In this document: one piece after another, positions 1-10,545 of the stretch
Layout: the number at the start of each line of letters is the position of its first letter
Position numbering within the stretch: the first letter of the stretch is position 1
Origin: Naegleria gruberi
Taxonomy: Eukaryota
Strand: one strand, 5' to 3'
NCBI GenBank assembly: GCA_000004985.1
Contig: GG738846.1
DNA length: 64,000 nt
The notes under the pieces: generated by a model
Databases searched by the model: none
Told to the model about the DNA's origin: nothing
What the model saw: the letters and a program-made list of their open reading frames with translations, nothing else
Program-made: the position numbers and the translations under genes

Positions 1-1540
1 GAATTGGTGATGACATCAATTGGTGTGATGGAGAATGAACTGGACTGTGGATTGGTGTTTGAATCGAATTTTGGAGTGGTTGAGGTGTCTGGGGCTTCTC
101 TTCTTGCTTCGATTTCCTTAATCCCTTATGCTCAACCTTATTTGGCGTTTCTCGTTGTTGTTTCGTTATGGGTTGTTTGTCTCCAGAATCTCGCATTGCA
201 TTCGTTTTAGATGCTTGTTTTACCAAAGGAATGGGTGAACTTTCTCTTGATACTGCCTTATTCTTTCTGATCTTTTTGTCTGAAGACACAATTTTGTGTA
301 ATTGATGCTTGGCAACGGAATCTATTGAAGAATTTATGCTAGCAAAAGGTGATACTGAAGTATCAGTTGATAGATGAAGCTTTGTATCATCCTCAACTGA
401 TTCTCTAACAGAGAGATGATTTTCCTTATATTCTAGTAGAGCGTCAATATCTTGTGAGGAAAGATCTGTCTGACTGAACCCCTCATATGTGTAAGCTCCA
501 ACCATGACACTCTTATCTTGGTATTGTGCGTGTAGCTTTTTTTGTAAAACACTTTGATCAATGAAAATATATGTTTCATCAGCCTGAACTTCTGCATCAG
601 CAGTGACAGCATCTAATTTACTGCTTGATAAAATTGCAGCCTTGATTACCTTGAGCTTACTGGGTAGGTCAAACACGGAAAGTCTGTCAATTCTCTTAAA
701 TGCTTTATCACATTCCTCTTTCAACAATGTATTTGTGGTTGTTAGAGATAGTTTTTTACATAAATCCATCAATGAAGTAGCATTTCCAAACATTAATTCC
801 ATGTGAGGTTTAAACTCCTTTTGAATATAATTTTCCATAAAGGTTTCCAATTTCTTCTTGTAGGCATGCATTTCTTGTCTCATCTTGTATTCTTGTTTAT
901 CCAATTCATTTCTAACCTTTATCTCTGTTGCAGCATACTCTCTAGCTTTAAGTTCTTCACTTTTGTTATGAATAAATCGGAATTGCTCGTCATGAAATTT
1001 TCTTATTTGTTCAATTTGTTCTTCAAACTTTCTCTTATTTTCTCTGTCTTGTTCTTGATGAGCAGCAACAAGATCTTCCATTTCTTTTTTCAGAATACCA
1101 ATATAATCCTTAGTGTCTTGTGTGAGAATACTATCCCAATCAGCAACTGTTTGACTAGAAGAAGATATTAATCTCACATCTCCCTTATATGAGTCTGCAG
1201 TTTCCCGAAGACGATCATGAAGAGTGTCAAACTCTGATATTATCTTTTCAAAATATTTATCTCTATTCTTTGAAACGTCTTGTATCCAGCTAGAATCAGA
1301 AGTAACTTCCTCGGGTGTTGATTTATGTTGAAGAAGTACTCTAGTATCTATGTGACTAGTTGATGCTGCCTTAATTTTACTTGCTTGCCTTCTAAGGACA
1401 AAATTACTTGATACTGTCGATGTTAATGAGTCATTTTGATTTGGGATAGTGTTTGCAACCACTTCTTCTTCCTCCTCATTTTCATCTTCAAGTAAGGCGC
1501 GAATAGATAAACTTTTCCGTGTTGATTGTAGGGATTTCAT
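1..1540 (-). CDS. Partial hypothetical Ser/Thr-rich coiled-coil protein (ATG at 1540..1538; 5' part only, runs off window start)
   Basis: Manual reverse-complement translation from ATG(1540) gives an uninterrupted frame to position 1: MKSLQSTRKSLSIRALLEDENEEEEVVANT...EFKPHMELMFGNATSLMDL...SPIPLVKQASKTNAMRDSGDKQP... It is absent from the ORF track because it lacks a stop inside the window. Plus-strand ORFs 4..210, 603..806 and 803..1171 are antisense artefacts. No family recognised. Confidence 0.5.
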   Translation of the reverse strand, partial: MKSLQSTRKSLSIRALLEDENEEEEEVVANTIPNQNDSLTSTVSSNFVLRRQASKIKAASTSHIDTRVLLQHKSTPEEVTSDSSWIQDVSKNRDKYFEKIISEFDTLHDRLRETADSYKGDVRLISSSSQTVADWDSILTQDTKDYIGILKKEMEDLVAAHQEQDRENKRKFEEQIEQIRKFHDEQFRFIHNKSEELKAREYAATEIKVRNELDKQEYKMRQEMHAYKKKLETFMENYIQKEFKPHMELMFGNATSLMDLCKKLSLTTTNTLLKEECDKAFKRIDRLSVFDLPSKLKVIKAAILSSSKLDAVTADAEVQADETYIFIDQSVLQKKLHAQYQDKSVMVGAYTYEGFSQTDLSSQDIDALLEYKENHLSVRESVEDDTKLHLSTDTSVSPFASINSSIDSVAKHQLHKIVSSDKKIRKNKAVSRESSPIPLVKQASKTNAMRDSGDKQPITKQQRETPNKVEHKGLRKSKQEEKPQTPQPLQNSIQTPIHSPVHSPSHQLMSSPI

Positions 1541-1879
1541 TCATCAACAGCTATTAAAATGAAACATTTGAGGATGTTGTTTTTTTTAAATATCATATAG
1601 TGGTTTTCAAAAATAACAAAATAGTACTTGTTGATGCCTTTAAATAGACTATCTAATTTTTAATAAATATTACCATTCTCCTATTATGAAATTGATGAAG
1701 CTGTTTGCCACAATGAAGAAGGTAGTTTTCATAGTTACGAGGTAACAATCTTTTATTGCACACGTGTAAAATTAAAAAAACTTACAAAAAAAATCGAAAA
1801 CACGTTTAACGTAGGATTATTTTTTCATCTTAAACACGTCGTATTTTGATTTTTAATTTCCGATTAATAATTAATACAA

Positions 1880-2905
1880 ATGGAATCTGATCTTTTTGTT
1901 AGTTATATTGCCTTGTTAACCCACGCAGTTATACCAATTATTGTGGGTAGTTTCCAATCACTGGTGCCATCACAAACCGAATCTCTCGAGGTTAAAGATG
2001 CTGCCATGTTTCCAGTGATCGGATCATGCGTTTTATTCAGCTTGTATCTTTGTTTCAAATTTTTAAGTGATGTCTGGGTCAATTTCGTGATGAGTGCCTA
2101 CTTTACATTTTTAGGAATTGGTGCTATTGCAACAGCTTTACATCCAGTTTTGAGTGCCATTATGCCACATCACATGACTGAAAAGAGCAAGGAGGGTGCT
2201 GAAAAGTATCGTTACAAGATTACTATCCCAGTTGTTAACTGGAATTTTGAATTCTCTCTTGTTGATATTATTGGAGGTGTTATTGGAAGTATTGTTGGCA
2301 TTTTCTATATTATCACTAAACATTGGATCGCTAACAATCTCTTTGGTGAATGCTTTTCCATGGTCTCTATTCAATTGATTCAATTAGGATCTTACAAGAT
2401 TGGATCTGTACTTTTGATTGGATTATTCTTTTATGATATTTTCTGGGTTTTCGGAACTGATGTTATGGTTACAGTTGCAAAGAAATTCGATGCACCAATC
2501 AAGGTTGTCTGGCCAAAGGGTGCTGGTTTCTCTCTTTTGGGTTTAGGTGACATTGTTATTCCTGGTATTTTTGTTGCTCTCATGCTCAGATTTGATTACT
2601 ACCTCTATAAGAAGTACAAAACTGGGGTATTTGCCAAGACTTATTTCATCATTACATTCATCTCTTATGTCATTGGTTTAGTTTTAACAATTGCAGTTTT
2701 GCATATTTTCCGTGCAGGCCAACCAGCTCTTTTGTACATTGTCCCTTGTGTTTTGGGAGGTTCCTTCTTGACTGCTGTCTTTAAAGGACAAGTTAGCGAA
2801 TTGTTGGGCTATCATGATGATAAACTTTTAGAGTTAGAGTATCCAGAGTTGGCTGAAAAGAAGAAGCAAGAACAAGCTGCAGCCAAAGAAGAAAAACAAG
2901 AATAA
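1880..2905 (+). CDS. HM13: Signal peptide peptidase (presenilin-type intramembrane aspartyl protease, SPP/HM13 family), single exon, 341 aa
   Basis: Multi-pass TM protein with the catalytic YD motif (FFYDIFWVFGT), GLGD motif (GLGDIVIPGIF) and QPALLYIVP (PAL motif), plus a K-rich C-terminal tail (AEKKKQEQAAAKEEKQE). Confidence 0.85.
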   Translation: MESDLFVSYIALLTHAVIPIIVGSFQSLVPSQTESLEVKDAAMFPVIGSCVLFSLYLCFKFLSDVWVNFVMSAYFTFLGIGAIATALHPVLSAIMPHHMTEKSKEGAEKYRYKITIPVVNWNFEFSLVDIIGGVIGSIVGIFYIITKHWIANNLFGECFSMVSIQLIQLGSYKIGSVLLIGLFFYDIFWVFGTDVMVTVAKKFDAPIKVVWPKGAGFSLLGLGDIVIPGIFVALMLRFDYYLYKKYKTGVFAKTYFIITFISYVIGLVLTIAVLHIFRAGQPALLYIVPCVLGGSFLTAVFKGQVSELLGYHDDKLLELEYPELAEKKKQEQAAAKEEKQE

Positions 2906-2942
2906 ATTAATTATTAATATTAGTATTTCAACCGCCAAAAAA

Positions 2943-5123
2943 ATGCTCCATCATCAACCAGTTGTTCATTCCTCTCATCAACCCTATTATCATCAATCAT
3001 CGGAAAACATAACACCAGAAAGATTAAAATTAAAACAACTGAAACACAGAGTTGCAACACCAAAGCCAGTGATTCATCCCTTTTTTCTATCGAGTCATGA
3101 ACAACAGCATGCACCACCTCCTCCATTCAATCATGATTTCGTGCCATTTGTAAAATATCCTCCAGAATATATGGAACCATATCAAACAGAACCTTATACC
3201 ATATCTACCCCGAACAAGGATCAAAATTATTATTATGTAAATCATCAACCACCACAACCCTTCGATATTCATCCTCATCACTTTGAACAACATTTAGATC
3301 ATCATGAAATGATAATACAACCCTCAAATCCTCCTCAATCATTCAACCATCAACAATTAATAGATGATCAATTGGATGAATTCAATATTGACCAACAATT
3401 TCAATCTGCATTCCCAATTGGCAGTGTTCCAGGAGTGGTAAAACAAGTTCTAGGTAGAGATGATATCCATAGTGAAAAGGAATCAACCCTTAATATTACA
3501 ACTGTAAATAGACCTTTGAGTTTAGATCCTCAACTTAATACACCTTTCAAAAAATTTATTGCAAAGGAGGAAGATTTAAAAATGGGAGAAAAGATTATTC
3601 TAATTGAAGACGAATCTGAGTCATCAGAAATTGAAGACGAATCTGAAGTGTCATCTATTAAATTAGAAGATCCTTCGTTTGTTATTGAACCTGGAAAAGT
3701 TTATGTAATTGACGATTCAGATGATGAAGATGTTACCTCCTCAAATGAGCAAGAGGATCACCAAAGCGATAATACAGATGAACAAAAAGAAGATTCTTAC
3801 GAACAAGAAAACCAAGAGGAAAGGGTGGAATCCGAAGATGAAGAATCATTTCATTTAATATCAGAAAGTATTGTTCACGAACAGACCCTTCCTACCCAAC
3901 CTAAATCACCAGAACATATCAAAAGCAGTCTTGAAATTGATCAGCATAATGCCAGAACCAACTTGTACCATTGGAGTTACGTGTTTCAATACAAACCAAA
4001 GGATGAATTAACTGTTTCTATACTAGGAAAAACTAATATTGATGGAAATAGAAATTTCACCACTTCCCCAATTGTTCATAGATTCAACTCTGATACTGTA
4101 CTTACTCTAAGTGGAACAAAATATGTGCTCACTTCCAGTTTTGATAGTTTGCGAAATCAAGAAAATAGTACTACAGTCAGTGCTGATTTTTTGAAACAAT
4201 TTACTGCTTCTTTGGATGGACCTTTCCCAAAGAATTGGAGAGAACTTATTGAAAAGGAATTTAAACGGTTAGAAGAACCAATATTGGGACCTGTTGAGTC
4301 TTCCAATAATTTCCAAAACGAAAATAATTTTGATTATCAAATAGATGAAACAAATGCAAGCCTCAAACAGGATAATAGCAGCAAAATTGAAGAACCGACC
4401 ACAAAAAAAAAGAGAAACTCAAGAAATAAGATATTTGAGGATCCACCTCAAAAGCCCTCAAAAACCAAAAAAAAAAGAAGAAAGAAATATGATACTAGCT
4501 CTGATGAGGACGAAGATACAGAGTATGCTGAATCACCTCAACCAGAGAATAAGAAAAGAAAGTCTATACAACAAACTCTTTCAAATAGCTTTACAAAGAA
4601 GGCCGATAATTCAATGTCTTTGACTGATGAGCTAAAATCAACAATGCTTGGTTGGAAAAAGAGATCCCATACATCCTCACCTCCAAAAATTCCTCTTGAC
4701 TCTATTAGAGAAATTCATCATGAAACAAACAACGATTTAGAGGATTACAAAATTAATCAACTACGAGAAGAACCACAAAAATACGAGAATAGAATTGATT
4801 ATTTTAAGGAAGACTTCTTTAATGAGATAGGTGGACTTTCGCAAGGAGAAGAGGAGGTAAATGAAAGATACAATGAAATCCAAGACGAGTCAATTTATGA
4901 AGAAAAAGAACCAACACCAAAGAAGAAAACAAAACGAAAGACTAGAAGAAAGACTAGAGAAACTGTAGAAAATTCAAATATTGTAGAGCAAGATCTAGAT
5001 CTTTCCATACCAAAAGTAATTATAGATACCCAGTTCTTTCCAAAAACACGTAAAAAACGTAAAACAAAAACTGTTTCTATGGATACAATACAAAAGGCTT
5101 GGTTTGGTGATTTGGAAGAGTAA
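2943..5123 (+). CDS. SANTA-domain protein, KNL2/M18BP1-like candidate centromere licensing factor, single exon, 726 aa
   Basis: Segment LYHWSYVFQYKPKDELTVSILGKTNIDGNRNFTTSPIVHRFNSDTVLTLSGTKYVLTS matches the SANTA domain pattern of KNL2/M18BP1 (W.......V.G.......F.SxPIV.R.....L.T..G..Y.L.G). The rest is acidic/basic low complexity (D/E/S runs, KKKRRKK) with a C-terminal basic stretch ending ...KTVSMDTIQKAWFGDLEE. Confidence 0.6.
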   Translation: MLHHQPVVHSSHQPYYHQSSENITPERLKLKQLKHRVATPKPVIHPFFLSSHEQQHAPPPPFNHDFVPFVKYPPEYMEPYQTEPYTISTPNKDQNYYYVNHQPPQPFDIHPHHFEQHLDHHEMIIQPSNPPQSFNHQQLIDDQLDEFNIDQQFQSAFPIGSVPGVVKQVLGRDDIHSEKESTLNITTVNRPLSLDPQLNTPFKKFIAKEEDLKMGEKIILIEDESESSEIEDESEVSSIKLEDPSFVIEPGKVYVIDDSDDEDVTSSNEQEDHQSDNTDEQKEDSYEQENQEERVESEDEESFHLISESIVHEQTLPTQPKSPEHIKSSLEIDQHNARTNLYHWSYVFQYKPKDELTVSILGKTNIDGNRNFTTSPIVHRFNSDTVLTLSGTKYVLTSSFDSLRNQENSTTVSADFLKQFTASLDGPFPKNWRELIEKEFKRLEEPILGPVESSNNFQNENNFDYQIDETNASLKQDNSSKIEEPTTKKKRNSRNKIFEDPPQKPSKTKKKRRKKYDTSSDEDEDTEYAESPQPENKKRKSIQQTLSNSFTKKADNSMSLTDELKSTMLGWKKRSHTSSPPKIPLDSIREIHHETNNDLEDYKINQLREEPQKYENRIDYFKEDFFNEIGGLSQGEEEVNERYNEIQDESIYEEKEPTPKKKTKRKTRRKTRETVENSNIVEQDLDLSIPKVIIDTQFFPKTRKKRKTKTVSMDTIQKAWFGDLEE

Positions 5124-5192
5124 AACTTTATTTTAGTAAATACTTTATTTTCATACTCAACATATTCATTCTTTGACTGAAATTGCATTTTA

Positions 5193-6278
5193 TTAGAATG
5201 GGACAGCAAAAGTAATTACAAATTTCAACACCAAAGCAATAATAGCCAACAATAAGACAACACCCAAAATGAGGATTGCTAGAGCCATTGCTCCACATTT
5301 TTGGTACTTTTCGGATTGCTCCAATTCCTTATTTCCTTGACTGACATGTTCGAAAGTTGCTTCAATATTACGATCAATACGATCAAGTAAAGTTCCTTGC
5401 TCTACAACGAGTGATGAAAATTCTTTGAAAAGTTCGTTCAGTTCAACTATTGATGTCAAAATTTCTCTCAGTTCCTTGTCTCTTCTAATATTTTCCATTT
5501 CATTATCAATTAACATTTTGATCTGTTCGTCCGTAAAGCCTGGATCGAATTGCTTTTGTTCCAATGCTTCAATTCTTTCCTTTTCTTCTTCTGTCAAATC
5601 TTCTTCATTACTTTCAGCTCCACTTCCATTATCTTTGTAAATCATTACATTTTGTCTTCTTTGCTTGAGTGCTTTTAATTTTTGTAAATAATCTTGTTGT
5701 TGTTCACGGAATGCTTTGGAAAGTTCGTTCAATTCCATAACAAGAGCCGATTTTGTATTCTTTTTAATTATATCTTCTTGACTTGTAGGTTTGGCTGGCA
5801 ATACAATACGCTCTATGAACTGTTTTGATCTGACAAATAATCGTTTAATATCATCAGTTAGAATTTCAATTTCTCTTTCTTCCTCTGCAAAATTATTGCT
5901 CTTTTTTACACTAAAGGTACAATGTTGTTTATGCATTTGTGAGAGTTGTTCCACTAATTATTTATAAATATTATTATTATTATTAGAGGAATATTACTTA
6001 CTAAACTTTTTGATGGAATCAATATCAGTTTTTACATTTGTCAATACTTTATACCACAATGGAGCAGAGTTGCTATCGAATTGATCATCATTTCCTTGTT
6101 CTTCATCGGTAAGTGCTCCATTTTTCAAATTACTTGAAGGTGTATAATAGTTTAATTCAATTCCATCATCATCCTCCCCTAACGATGTTGAAAAGTATGA
6201 TTTACGAATATGATGGTAACGTCCCGTCAAGTCTCTACAAAGTATCGACTTCTTCATAAACGAAGCATTAACGCTCAT
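5193..6278 (-). CDS. STX16: Syntaxin-16/Tlg2-type Qa-SNARE, 2 exons (6278..6002, 5953..5193; intron 5954..6001, GTAAGT...AATTAG)
   Basis: N-terminal peptide MSVNASFMKKSILCRDLTGRY (SM-protein-binding N-peptide style). SNARE motif EQGTLLDRIDRNIEATFEHVSQGNKELEQSEKYQK matches STX16/Tlg2 (EQGTVLDRIDYNVEQS...AEQYQKK), followed by C-terminal TM ALAILILGVVLLLAIIALVL. The splice restores the frame (TTT A|gtaagt...ag|TG GAA). Confidence 0.7.
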
Positions 6279-6402
6279 TTTTAAATATTTATTTAATTTC
6301 TTTTAAATCTTTTTTTAAAATTTGGTTGAATTGCCTTCCAATTACAAGCAACCGTTGCGCTTTGGCCATTGTAAAAATTTCGAAAATTAATTTCAACGTT
6401 AC

Positions 6403-7922
6403 CTAATCATTCGTTCTTGCAGTGGAAGGTGTATTAAATCTACTGACCATACTGGCCAAAGAGTTGTTCAACTTTGGTTGTTCTCTACTGGCTCTTAGAG
6501 GTGAAGTGACTTCACTGGTTGGGGCAGTTGTTTTTGAAGTCTTATTTGGAATTCCATTTATCTTGTCAAATAAAATTCGTAATACCTTTTCTTTTTCCTG
6601 CCATGAAAGAGAGGTGAAGGATGTATTATTTGGTGTTTCATTAGGAATGGTTGGAGTTTTTGAAATTGGGGGTAATACTACCTGAGAGTCTTCTTTGGCA
6701 TAAGTCACAACATTGGATTGACTCTTAATCTGCTCCTTTACTGAACCTAGGGCTTCGTTAAAAAACATTTCCAATTCTGTTCGTTGCTCAAGAAGACGTT
6801 TACCAATTTTTCGTAAATGTGCCAATTCTCTATTTCTCAATTGCACAATTTTTGTCAACTCTTCCTTTCCCTTCTCCAAATCTTTGACTTGATTTTCATA
6901 TTTTTCTTTCAAAATTTTCTTTTCCTCCTTAAATCTTTTTTCAATATCGACCATTACTTTTTCATTATCATATTTGTGATTCATTGTTCTCAATTCTTTA
7001 GAAAGCGAAAAACATTGTTTTGTATATTCTTTCAGCAAATCCTTGTTCATTTCTATTGTTCGGGAGAGGGTTTTGTTTTCCTGTTTGAATTGTTCCTTTT
7101 CTGAGGAACATTCCAATAATTGTTGTTCAGTCTCTTCTAATTTTAATTTCAACACTATATTTTCCTGGTATATTGATCTACTCTTTTCGTCAATTAGTTG
7201 AAGCGCTCGCTCTTCAACTTCCTTTTCAAACTGCTCTTGGAGACCATTCTCCTCCTTTCTTGATCTAATGGTTTCTCTAATAAATAATTGCTTTGATTTG
7301 GTTAGTTCAGAATCAAAAAACTTTCTTATTTGTTCATTTTCTTGTTCCTTCTCCTTATACAGTTTTTTCAATTTTTCCAACTCTTTCTATATTTATAGCT
7401 TAGAATAAGCATGTTACATTGCTCACTTACTTGAATATCATCCTTCTGATTGAGTCCTTTTTCTAACAAGCTCAATTCTGATGTTTTAGTTAGCAATTCC
7501 TGACTAAATTCTAGCTTCATTTCTTCTATTTGTATTTCTAGTTTTGAAATTTGGGATTTATGTTGTTGGTTTGATTCTGCATTCTCTTTTTGGAGCTGAA
7601 GAATAGTTTTGTTTTTTAACTCTAAATCTTTTCTTAAAAAGTTGGTCACTTGAATCTGGTAATATTGAATACGTAGTAAATTCGTGATCAAATTATCGGA
7701 GAACTAACTTACAGTCTCGGACTCTCTTTGCTTTAATTCTTCCTTAAAAGCTTCATGTTCTTGTTTTAATTTTTCATAGGCTTCCTTATAGGCAAGAAAT
7801 GTTTTAATTTTCGATTTTAAACCCTCAACTTCTAGAATTTTATTTTGTAATTCCTCTTGTGATTGACGAACTATGTCCTCCAAAGAGGGAGGAGGTGGTT
7901 GCTCATTACGTTTTGGAGGCAT
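6403..7922 (-). CDS. Coiled-coil protein, about 3 exons (ORF blocks 7922..7704, 7691..7368, 7380..6403), function unknown, possibly cilium/basal-body associated
   Basis: Start MPPKRNEQPPPP at 7922. Long heptad-rich E/K/Q sequence throughout. C-terminal motifs TELEMFFNEALGSVKEQIKSQ and LSWQEKEKVLRILFDKINGIP are reminiscent of ciliary coiled-coil proteins (family not pinned down). Exon junctions not resolved precisely. Confidence 0.45.
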
Positions 7923-7983
7923 TATTTTGTTTTTTTTCTGTAAATAATATTGGACATTTAAATAATCAATGGTTGTCACAAGT

Positions 7984-9584
7984 TTATTTTCTTGGTTGAA
8001 TTTTTAGTGACATGTTATATAACTCATCTTCTCCTCTTGGTTTGTAAGAATCAATGGCTGCTTGAATTTCTTCTTTTGGAATTATTTCATAGTCACGATC
8101 TTGAAACCTTAATATATTGTACATGATTGCATATTGACTGATTGCTTTGTAAAAATTTAGTTTGCCATCCACAAGTGTTGGGTTACCGTCATCAGCAAAC
8201 AAAAAATCCTTGAGGTAAATCCCAATGTATGGAGTTGCTGGTTCTCCTTCAACAAAGCACTTGTCAGTGGCATCTCTCATACTTTTATAGTTTATATCCT
8301 GAGAACAAAATTTACAAATATCCTCATATTGTTTTTGAGTTTTCTCTTCAAGAAGGCTCCACGTATCGACAAGACGGGAAACTGATGATGTTCCCAATGA
8401 GCTGTAAATTGCCATAATCATATTGAAACTATTCAAATCCTTTAAATGTTCACATGTTTTGATAACTGTTTCAATCATTTTTTTTCTAAACATTGGGTTT
8501 GATTCGCTGACAATTTGAAATACTACATAACTGCTGACCTTATTAAATAATGTTGTTACTGAAATAATATTTGGAGCCATGAATTTTTTCTTCTCCTTAT
8601 TCCAAGATTGACCCAACATTTCAGTGAATTTAATCTTTTTGTAAAGAGAGTGATCCATCGCTGTTAGAGTCTCTGCAAAATCTCTTGCATCCACTTTCAA
8701 TAGGGTCAATCTTTGTTCTAACCTTGTTGAGGATCTCTTGTCCTTTTTTTCTGCCAACTCTTTTTCTCTTTTTTCATCTTCTTGCCAAGGATGTAATCGA
8801 CTGGCATCTTTCATTGCAAGCAGTGTTCTTTTTGCAATAAAAGAAACAGGACTTTCAATCATTCTAGTACTACAAAAGTTAGTAAGTTGCCTTATCATCT
8901 TATCATCAAAATCATAGTAATGATTTTCTACCCACTCTAATATTAATTTTGCTGTAATTATTTGAGCATTTGATTTCAGATCTGTGTGATAATGATATTC
9001 GTCAAGAGATTCATACTGACCAATCGGAACAGTTGCACTCTCGGATGAAGAATTAAGAGGAGGAACATCAAATCTCTCTAATAGTTTCTGGAGAACGAAT
9101 TTAGGTTTAACAAAGCTTCTATAACATAACCAAAATACTTTGACAAAGAATGGCTCAAATCTTGTTTCATCAGTGAGTAAAAGGATTAATCGATTAAGAC
9201 TAATGAATTTTGGTATATTGCCTGGATAGAGTTTGGGGCAAGGTGATTTGGAAAATGTGATAGATTCAGGACATGCCATTGGTTCCTCATTGATCGGGGT
9301 CATTTGTTGGATTGGTAGTGAAAATTGAGAACTAAAAGCTATTATTATAATTATTAATTATTATTCCTCAATTACATACTTTCTTCACGATTGAAAATTA
9401 GTAACTTATCTCCATTCATAAAGTGGATTATTTTCTGAGGTCTGAGAGGGCTTGGTGGTTTTCCATCATATAATTTACTATAATATTCGTTTGCTATTTC
9501 TACACAGTGATGAGCCCTCAACTTGGATTCCTTCAGGCTTAACACAATAGGAGTAAAACCTGATATTCTAATATACAACAACAT
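7984..9584 (-). CDS. Ras guanine-nucleotide exchange factor (REM + CDC25 catalytic domains), 2 exons (9584..9380, 9338..7984; 41-nt intron GTATGT...AATAG)
   Basis: REM region PKFISLNRLILLLTDETRFEPFFVKVFWLCYRSFVKPKFVLQKLLERFD. CDC25 domain MDHSLYKKIKFTEMLGQ...NFNMIMAIYSSLGTSSVSRL...PATPYIGIYLKDFLFADDGNP. Confidence 0.75.
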
Positions 9585-9697
9585 ATTTCTATTTTTTTAA
9601 GGGTATAAAAATAAACCTATTTTCGAAGCTCCTACGCCACCAGCATAATTTAAGTGGATTTTTTGAGCATATCGAATGACAAATTTCAACCTCCTAT

Positions 9698-10483
9698 TTA
9701 TTCTTTTTGTTGAGCTTTTAATTTTTGTAATCTCTTTTGGTTTTCTATTTCTTGAAGAATTTCTCTGTGGTTAACTTGAGGTACATTTTTCATTTCTTCA
9801 GTAGGTTGACTTCTCTTTACAACCTCTCCAAGAATTTGATCTTGTCTTTCCTTGTTAACCATTGTGTGTTGAGCTTCGACAGCAAACCAAGATATTAAAG
9901 AAATAAACAATACTAATGCCAAACTGAGACGAGCAGGAATTTTCTTTCTGTTTGAATGGCGAGTTCTAACCTCACCATACAATTTGATCATTTCATCAAT
10001 TTGTTGTTTGGCGTATTCCTTTTCCTCGGTTGTTGCAGTTGGATTGATAAGAAGTTTAATGAAACGATCGAAACGATCATGATCCTTTATCCACCACCTA
10101 AGTTGTTGTCTCATTGTAATTTTTTTATATTCTGCAGTTTCGTCAACCTTTGATTGTTCCCAAGCTTTTTTGAATTCGTTTGGATCCAAATTGTTGAAAA
10201 ATTGTTTTTGGAATGAATCTTTAATTTCCTCTCTTCTTTGTTCAAAGTCCTCTGCCTCTAATTGTTCTTCTCTTTCTTGTTTCATCTTTTCATATGATGT
10301 TTGTGTTGGTGTATTATTCTTTTGAAGAGGGGATGGTGGTTGTGAGAGTGCAGATTTTCCTCCAAACATTGGTTTTCTATTTGATGCTGATGTTGAATTT
10401 AATGTTGAACAATGATGATAAGAACATTTTAGAATGGCGGAACGTGGAAGCAAAATTTGCTTTCTGAGGGATGATTTAATCAT
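9698..10483 (-). CDS. Hypothetical mitochondrial-targeted single-TM coiled-coil protein (about 261 aa)
   Basis: True ATG at 10483 (MIKSSLRKQILLPRSAILKCSYHHCSTLNSTS, presequence-like, R/S/T-rich). Central charged coiled coil. One TM (LSLALVLFISLISWFAV). Family not recognised. Confidence 0.4.
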   Translation of the reverse strand: MIKSSLRKQILLPRSAILKCSYHHCSTLNSTSASNRKPMFGGKSALSQPPSPLQKNNTPTQTSYEKMKQEREEQLEAEDFEQRREEIKDSFQKQFFNNLDPNEFKKAWEQSKVDETAEYKKITMRQQLRWWIKDHDRFDRFIKLLINPTATTEEKEYAKQQIDEMIKLYGEVRTRHSNRKKIPARLSLALVLFISLISWFAVEAQHTMVNKERQDQILGEVVKRSQPTEEMKNVPQVNHREILQEIENQKRLQKLKAQQKE

Positions 10484-10545
10484 TTTTTTAAAATTGTTTT
10501 TCAAAATTTAAAATAATTGTCGGCTTTTCTCTCAAGATGGCGAAA

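Noticed and set aside
4-1171. Plus-strand ORFs 4..210, 603..806 and 803..1171
   Set aside because: They are antisense to a long uninterrupted minus-strand coding frame (1..1540). They are hydrophobic low-complexity translations typical of antisense AT-rich coding DNA.
4345-4623. 92-aa plus-strand ORF (MKQMQASNRIIAAKLKNRPQKKRETQEIRYL...) inside the KNL2-like gene
   Set aside because: It is an alternative frame of a lysine/arginine-codon-rich stretch (AAA/AAG/AGA) in the same strand. The main frame is continuous across it.
5960-5992. Short (ATT)n/(AAT)n microsatellite taataataataataatattt
   Set aside because: It lies within the 48-nt syntaxin intron. It is too short (about 6 units) to report as a repeat feature and is typical AT-rich intron filler.
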